Positions 59,448 through 64,000 of a stretch of 64,000 bases of DNA are shown here, one piece after another. Positions within the stretch are counted from its first letter, which is position 1. Each line of letters opens with the position of its first letter. The stretch covers positions 27,557 through 91,556 of the forward strand of contig CAVVSY010000012.1 of the NCBI GenBank assembly GCA_963751005.1, written 5' to 3'. The notes under the pieces are model-generated. The model had not been told where the DNA came from and ran no database searches. It worked only from the letters and a program-made list of their open reading frames with translations. Source of the stretch: an uncultured bacterium. GTDB lineage: Bacteria > Actinomycetota > Acidimicrobiia > Spongiisociales > ZC4RG35. The translations under genes and the position numbers were made by a program.

Positions 59448-61069
59448 CGTCGCTGCGCCAGGTCGACCTCCCGGTCGACCGCGGCCACGATCACATCCAC
59501 CCCGTCCTGGCCAGCCCTGCCTCGACCGCGGGAACCAGGTCCCCGGGGCGATCCAATGTCTCCGACACGGGCACCATGGAAACGGGCGAGTGCGGCCATG
59601 TCACGTCGCGATGGGGTGATGAACAACCGCTCGAAGTCGGGGGCATGACGACGTTGCGGGAGGCTGTCGAACAGACCGCCACCGTGGTTGTCGATCACGA
59701 TCGCTGTGAGGTCGATTTCGGTGTCGACGACGAGACCGTTGCTGTCGTGGAGGAAAGTCAGGTCACCGGCCATGGCCAGGGTGCGTGGTATCACCGAGGC
59801 CACCCCGAGGGCCGTGGATACGAAACCGTCGATGCCGGATGCGCCGCGGTTGGCGAAGACCGGGCCGGGCCTCTGCACGTGAGTCTCCACCTCGCGTATG
59901 GGCAACGACGACCCCACCACCAGGGCACCCCAGGCGATCTCGTTGCAGGAGGCCGCCACCGACCCGCCGGTCATCGCAGTGCCCTCCGTCAGGACCACCC
60001 GCCGCAGCCGCCCCGACTCTTCGTCGGCGGCCACCCAGGCCTGTATCCACGCCGCGCCCTCGGCGCCGGCGACGGATCGGATCAGGGTCACCGGATCTCC
60101 CGAGAGGATCTGTGTGGCGTTCCGTTGCGGGTCGATGTGACGTCCCCAGACGTCGATGCGGACCCGGTGGCTCGCCTTCGCCACCAGGTCCTCGAGACGG
60201 GCCGAGGGCCCGATCGCCCCCACCGCGACCACCGTTTCGGGTACGAGTTGCTCGGGCAGGCCCGAGACGAGGAGCTGGTGATAGTCCCCCAATGCTCCAC
60301 CGCCGCGCATCCCGGACAGGGCGGTCGCCAGGACCGGCCATCCCACCGCCTGAGCAGCGGCGAGCAGGGCCACCCGGTCGTACTCACCGTCACCGGCGAT
60401 GACCAAGCCCCGGGAGGCGGCCAGCACGGGAAGGGAGGGCTCAGGCCGATCATGCTCAGTCACGGGCCGCCCGATGCGGGGGGTGGCGTGTGGATAGGGC
60501 TCCGAGTGGGCCCGCCCGTCGTCGCCGACCGGCACCGTGGGCTCGCGAAAGGCGACATTGAGGTGGACCGGGCCGGGTCGTCGGCCGGTGGCCTCCAGGA
60601 ACAGGCCACTCACCGTGTGACGCCAGCTCTCGTTGCCGTCGGTGGCGGCATCGGGTGCCTCGATGGCGGCGAAGGCACGCACCTTGGGGCCGAACAGATC
60701 CATCTGGTCGATGGTCTGATTCGCCCCGACGCCGCGCAGCTCCACCGGGCGATCGGCGGAGATCACGAACAGGGGGACACAAGCCATGTCGGCTTCCACG
60801 ACGGCGGGGAAGTGATTGGCGGGTGCCGTGCCTGACGTGGCGATCACCGCCGCGGGGCGACGAGTCGCCCTTCCGACCCCAAGCGCGTGGAATGCCGCCG
60901 AGCGCTCGTCGATGACCACCCGCGTCTCCAGATCCGGGTGTGTCGCCGCGGCGATAGCCAATGCGGCGGAGCGAGACCCGGGGGACAAGACGACGACCTC
61001 GACCCCGCACGAGGCCAGCTCGTCGAGCACCACCCGGGCGAGGGCGGTGCTCGGGTTGGGAGCAGTCAC
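59432..61069 (-). CDS. menD: 2-succinyl-5-enolpyruvyl-6-hydroxy-3-cyclohexene-1-carboxylate (SEPHCHC) synthase
   Basis: ORF 59432..61069. The GTG start overlaps the menC stop (GTGA). ThDP-enzyme pattern (VVLSPGSRSAALA, NRGASGIDG, GDLTFLHDSNGL). Intact, 545 codons. Confidence 0.9.
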   Translation of the reverse strand: MTAPNPSTALARVVLDELASCGVEVVVLSPGSRSAALAIAAATHPDLETRVVIDERSAAFHALGVGRATRRPAAVIATSGTAPANHFPAVVEADMACVPLFVISADRPVELRGVGANQTIDQMDLFGPKVRAFAAIEAPDAATDGNESWRHTVSGLFLEATGRRPGPVHLNVAFREPTVPVGDDGRAHSEPYPHATPRIGRPVTEHDRPEPSLPVLAASRGLVIAGDGEYDRVALLAAAQAVGWPVLATALSGMRGGGALGDYHQLLVSGLPEQLVPETVVAVGAIGPSARLEDLVAKASHRVRIDVWGRHIDPQRNATQILSGDPVTLIRSVAGAEGAAWIQAWVAADEESGRLRRVVLTEGTAMTGGSVAASCNEIAWGALVVGSSLPIREVETHVQRPGPVFANRGASGIDGFVSTALGVASVIPRTLAMAGDLTFLHDSNGLVVDTEIDLTAIVIDNHGGGLFDSLPQRRHAPDFERLFITPSRRDMAALARFHGARVGDIGSPRGPGSRGRGRAGQDGVDVIVAAVDREVDLAQRRQLGG

Positions 61070-62026
61070 GTGAGTACCTCGGCAGCCGCACGCAGCTTGC
61101 GCAGCATCTCGGCCCCGCGGTCACGGTCCGGGCGCCATCGCTTCAGCAGCGCCGGGTCGGGCTCGGGCCGGCGCACCTCGAGCAGGCCGTCACGGGGAAT
61201 GAGAGGCTGCAGGGTCGGGTCACCCTCGAGCAACGCCACAGTGCCCAGCCCGCAGGCGTAGGGGAGATCTGGGAGCAACGATGCGGCGAGCAGGCCCCCG
61301 TACATCCCCACCGACGTCTCCAAGGCGGAGGAGATCACCACGGGTATGGACGATCGATTGGCCAGGTCGAGGACCCGGGACACCCCACCCATCGGCTGCA
61401 CCTTGAGCACGAGCACGTCGGCGGCACCCTCCTCGATCACTTGGAGGGGATGAGGGCTCTGCCTAACCAGCTCGTCGGCGGCGAGGGGCACCGAGACCCG
61501 GGCTCGGAGGGCACGCATGTCCTCGACCGTGGCCACCGGCTGTTCCACGTACTCGAGGTCGAACTGTTCGAGTCCCGCGATGCGGCTGGCCGCGGTCTCG
61601 AGGTCCCATCCGGCGTTCACGTCGACCCGGATCCGGCCCTTGGGACCGAGGATCTCCCGCACGGTGCGCACCCGTATCGAGATCGTCTTCTTCGGTGTCG
61701 CCCGGCTCGCCGATCTTCACCTTGGCCGTGGTGGCCCCGGACTCCCTCACCAGCGCCGCCACCGACTCCGGGTCCACGGCAGGGACGGTGACGTTGACCG
61801 GGATATGGGACCTTCCGGGCTCGGGCAGGTCTCCGCAGGCGAGCTCGAGGGCCGCCGCCAGCCAGCGGGTGGTCACCTCGGGCGGATAGTCGGGGAACGG
61901 TGAGAACTCGCCCCAGCCACGTGGGCCCCGCAACAGGACAGCCTCCCGGTGATCGACGCGGCGGAACCTCTTCCGCATCGGGATGCGCACCGGGTGTAGC
62001 TCGAGAGCCTCGAGTGCGGCGCTCAC
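61066..62026 (-). pseudogene. menC: o-succinylbenzoate synthase (enolase superfamily), one frame break near 61680
   Basis: The N-terminus is in ORF 61463..62026 (LHPVRIPMRKRFRRVDHREAVLLRGPRGWGEFSPF). The C-terminus is in ORF 61066..61671 (RVDVNAGW, LEYVEQP, VLKVQPMGG). Confidence 0.8.
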
Positions 62027-62328
62027 CCGCTCTGCACCTCGCGGATGTAGCCGACCAGACGGTCGAGCTGGGTGTCGTCGAGAGAAGACTCGAACGAGGG
62101 CATCCGGCCCCGCCCGTTGACGATGGTGAACTCGAGGAACTCGTCCGACTCCCCTGCGCTCGGCGAGCCGGGGCCCAGCGCCGGGCCGACCCCACCACTC
62201 AGATCGTCGCCGTGGCAGTTGGAGCAGAGCTGGGCATAGATCTCCTCACCGGTGGCGTCCTCCGGTGGCCGGCCCACCGAACATGCCGTCAACAGCAGGA
62301 GTAGGGACACGACATGGCGGCTTCTCAC
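62023..62328 (-). CDS. monohaem c-type cytochrome lipoprotein
   Basis: ORF 62023..62328. Lipobox LLLTAC. Haem motif CSNCH with distal Met (GRGRMPSF). Intact. Confidence 0.8.
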   Translation of the reverse strand: MRSRHVVSLLLLLTACSVGRPPEDATGEEIYAQLCSNCHGDDLSGGVGPALGPGSPSAGESDEFLEFTIVNGRGRMPSFESSLDDTQLDRLVGYIREVQSG

Positions 62329-63357
62329 TCCTCCTCGCCCTGACTCTGCAGGTCCCTGACCTCCTGGGCCCGGTCCAAGGGCAACACCAGGACCGCCTCG
62401 GGCGTCTCCACGACGACGAATCGCTCCAGCCCCACCACGACCAGCCGACGCGATGTCGCTTTGACGAACGAGCCCGCCACGTCTCTGACCCTGACGTCGC
62501 CGGACACGAGGTTCCCGTCCTCGTCGACGTCACCGGCCGCCAGCAGCGAGACATAGGACCCAACATCGTCCCATCCCACGTCTAGTGGCACCACCACAGC
62601 CTTCGTCGTCTTCTCCATGACGGCGTAGTCGAAGGAGACCGCTTCGACGGAGGAGAACTCGGCGCCCAGTCGAACCACCCCTTCACGGGCCGCGGGCAGG
62701 GCCCGTCTTCACCCCGGCGAGGACTTCGGGGCAGTGCTGCGACGCCTCCTCGAGGATCAGACCGGCGCGGACCACGAACATCCCTGCGTTCCACAAGTGC
62801 CGGCCGTCGGCCACCAGACGGTCGGCTACCTCAGGCGACGGCTTCTCCACAAAGCTCTCGACCACGAACCCACCGTCGCTCGGCTCGCCTTTCTCGATGT
62901 ACCCGTATCCGGTCTCGGCCCTGGTGGGAGGGATGCCGAAAGTGACGATGACATCCTCGGCGGCGATGGCGGCAGCGGTCAGGACCGCCTCCCCGAACCC
63001 CGCGACGTCCGCGATGAGATGGTCGGCGGGGAGGATGACGAGCACCTCTTCGGGCTCGGCCACCAGCGCCGCAGCGAAAATGGCGGGCGCGGTGTTGCGG
63101 GCGGCGGGCTCAACCAGGATCGTGGCATCGGCCAGCGCCTGCCCGACGGCGGCCCGAACCAGGTCGAGATGGTTCGTCCCCGTGGCCACGATCGCCGGGC
63201 GCAGACCGGGAATGCCGTCGAGGCGAGCCACGGTCCGGGCGAAGAGTGTCTCCTCTCCCAGGAGCGGGGCGAACTGCTTGGGAAGGCTCGGTGACGAGAG
63301 GGGCCACAGACGGGTCCCCGACCCGCCGGAAAGGATCACCGGTCGCAGCTCTGACAC
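62325..63357 (-). pseudogene. mannose-1-phosphate guanylyltransferase, one frame break near 62690
   Basis: ORF 62683..63357 (VILSGGSGTRLWPLS, ILPADH, GYGYI, WNAGMFV) continues in ORF 62325..62678. Confidence 0.8.
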
Positions 63358-63429
63358 ACGGCGAGAGTACCGCCCGGCGTCGTGGGTGCCTGTGCTACCT
63401 TCGCCCCCGCTCCTGCAGAGAGGACCGGC

Positions 63430-64000
63430 GTGACGGCCGTCAAGGTACGAGAACTGAGGAAGTCCTACGGACCGGTCGAGGCAGTCAGGGGGATCGACTT
63501 CACCATCGAAGACGGGGAGGTGGTCGCAATCCTCGGGCCCAACGGAGCAGGGAAGACCACCACAGTCGAGATGATCGAGGGATTCCGACGACCCGACACG
63601 GGCTCGATCGAGGTCCTGGGACAGGACCCGGCGAACCGCGGCGCTCGCCTGCTCGACCGGATCGGGATCGTCCTCCAGGATGGGGGGATCGAGGGCGAGC
63701 TCACCGTCGAAGAGGCGATCGAGGCACAGCGTCGGCCCTACCGCTCACCCATGTCGGCCGACGAGGCGATCGATCTCGTCGATCTCGGGGAGAAACGCGA
63801 TCAGCGCATCAAACGTCTCTCCGGAGGGCAGCGTCGCCGTCTCGATCTCGCCCTCGGCATGGTCGGCAACCCTGACCTCCTTTTCCTCGACGAGCCCACC
63901 ACCGGATTCGACCCAGCCGCCCGCCGACGATCCTGGCAGGCGATCCGGGGCCTGAGCGCCAAGGGCACCACCGTGGTCCTGACCACCCACTATCTCGAGG
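63430..64000 (+). CDS. ABC transporter ATP-binding protein (ABC-2/DrrA-like), 3'-partial
   Basis: The frame is open from GTG 63430 to the window end, so it is absent from the ORF track for lack of a stop. GPNGAGKTT, LSGGQRRRLDLAL, LLFLDEPTTGFD. Confidence 0.85.
   Translation, partial: MTAVKVRELRKSYGPVEAVRGIDFTIEDGEVVAILGPNGAGKTTTVEMIEGFRRPDTGSIEVLGQDPANRGARLLDRIGIVLQDGGIEGELTVEEAIEAQRRPYRSPMSADEAIDLVDLGEKRDQRIKRLSGGQRRRLDLALGMVGNPDLLFLDEPTTGFDPAARRRSWQAIRGLSAKGTTVVLTTHYLE

Noticed and set aside
58508-60835. 775-aa plus-strand ORF that looks like a large multidomain protein
   Set aside because: Only its first ~240 codons are genuine (the menF body). After a frame break it runs on as the antisense shadow of menD.

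Overview
High-GC segment (about two-thirds G+C by eye). It looks Actinomycetota-like: F420-type LLM and PPOX enzymes, a DUF222-HNH gene, a mycobacterial-type MTHFR and many 4-nt start/stop overlaps. The window is densely packed with about 70 genes. I found no rRNA, tRNA, CRISPR array, transposase or integrase.

Gene blocks:
1. 2.2-12.1 kb (minus): one long operon for the lower part of reductive pyrimidine catabolism. It holds methylmalonate-semialdehyde dehydrogenase, an NMT1-type ABC importer, beta-ureidopropionase, a class-III aminotransferase, dihydropyrimidinase and an LLM oxidoreductase.
2. 12.1-16.9 kb: small membrane and Cys/His proteins, a macro-domain gene, CGNR, OsmC, PPOX and a YcaQ-like protein.
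3. 16.9-23.9 kb (minus): a SAM-I-clan riboswitch, metH, an MTHFR-like gene, a histidine kinase and a Thr-rich anchored surface protein.
4. 24-27.5 kb: assorted genes, including a DUF222-HNH gene with a low-GC 5' part.
5. 27.5-31.2 kb (minus): copper cluster of CoxG-like protein, cupredoxin, NosD-like beta-helix protein, PLDc_N module and two-domain multicopper oxidase.
6. 31.2-38.7 kb: MogA, thioesterase, Mug, Nfu, ATP-grasp, thiamine pyrophosphokinase, 2-hydroxyacid dehydrogenase and an L,D-transpeptidase.
7. 38.7-44.7 kb (minus): a beta-oxidation-like module of acyl-CoA ligase, ACAD, SDR and MaoC hydratase, with a family III CoA-transferase/racemase gene directly upstream.
8. 44.7-53 kb (minus): an Opp/Dpp-type peptide ABC operon with two binding proteins.
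9. 53-64 kb: AI-2E transporter, acyl-CoA synthetase, DJ-1, SDR, murI, menF, menD, menC, cytochrome c, GDP-mannose pyrophosphorylase and a partial ABC ATPase.

The most striking property is technical or evolutionary rather than a new system. Roughly half of the genes cannot be read in one frame, and the indels cluster in kb-scale blocks separated by perfectly clean stretches. I mark those genes as pseudogene (frameshifted), but consensus indel error is at least as likely as real decay.

I did not find a convincing novel defence or mobile system. The findings are modest leads. All family calls are by-eye motif recognition with no searches run. Coordinates of frameshifted genes are outer bounds.
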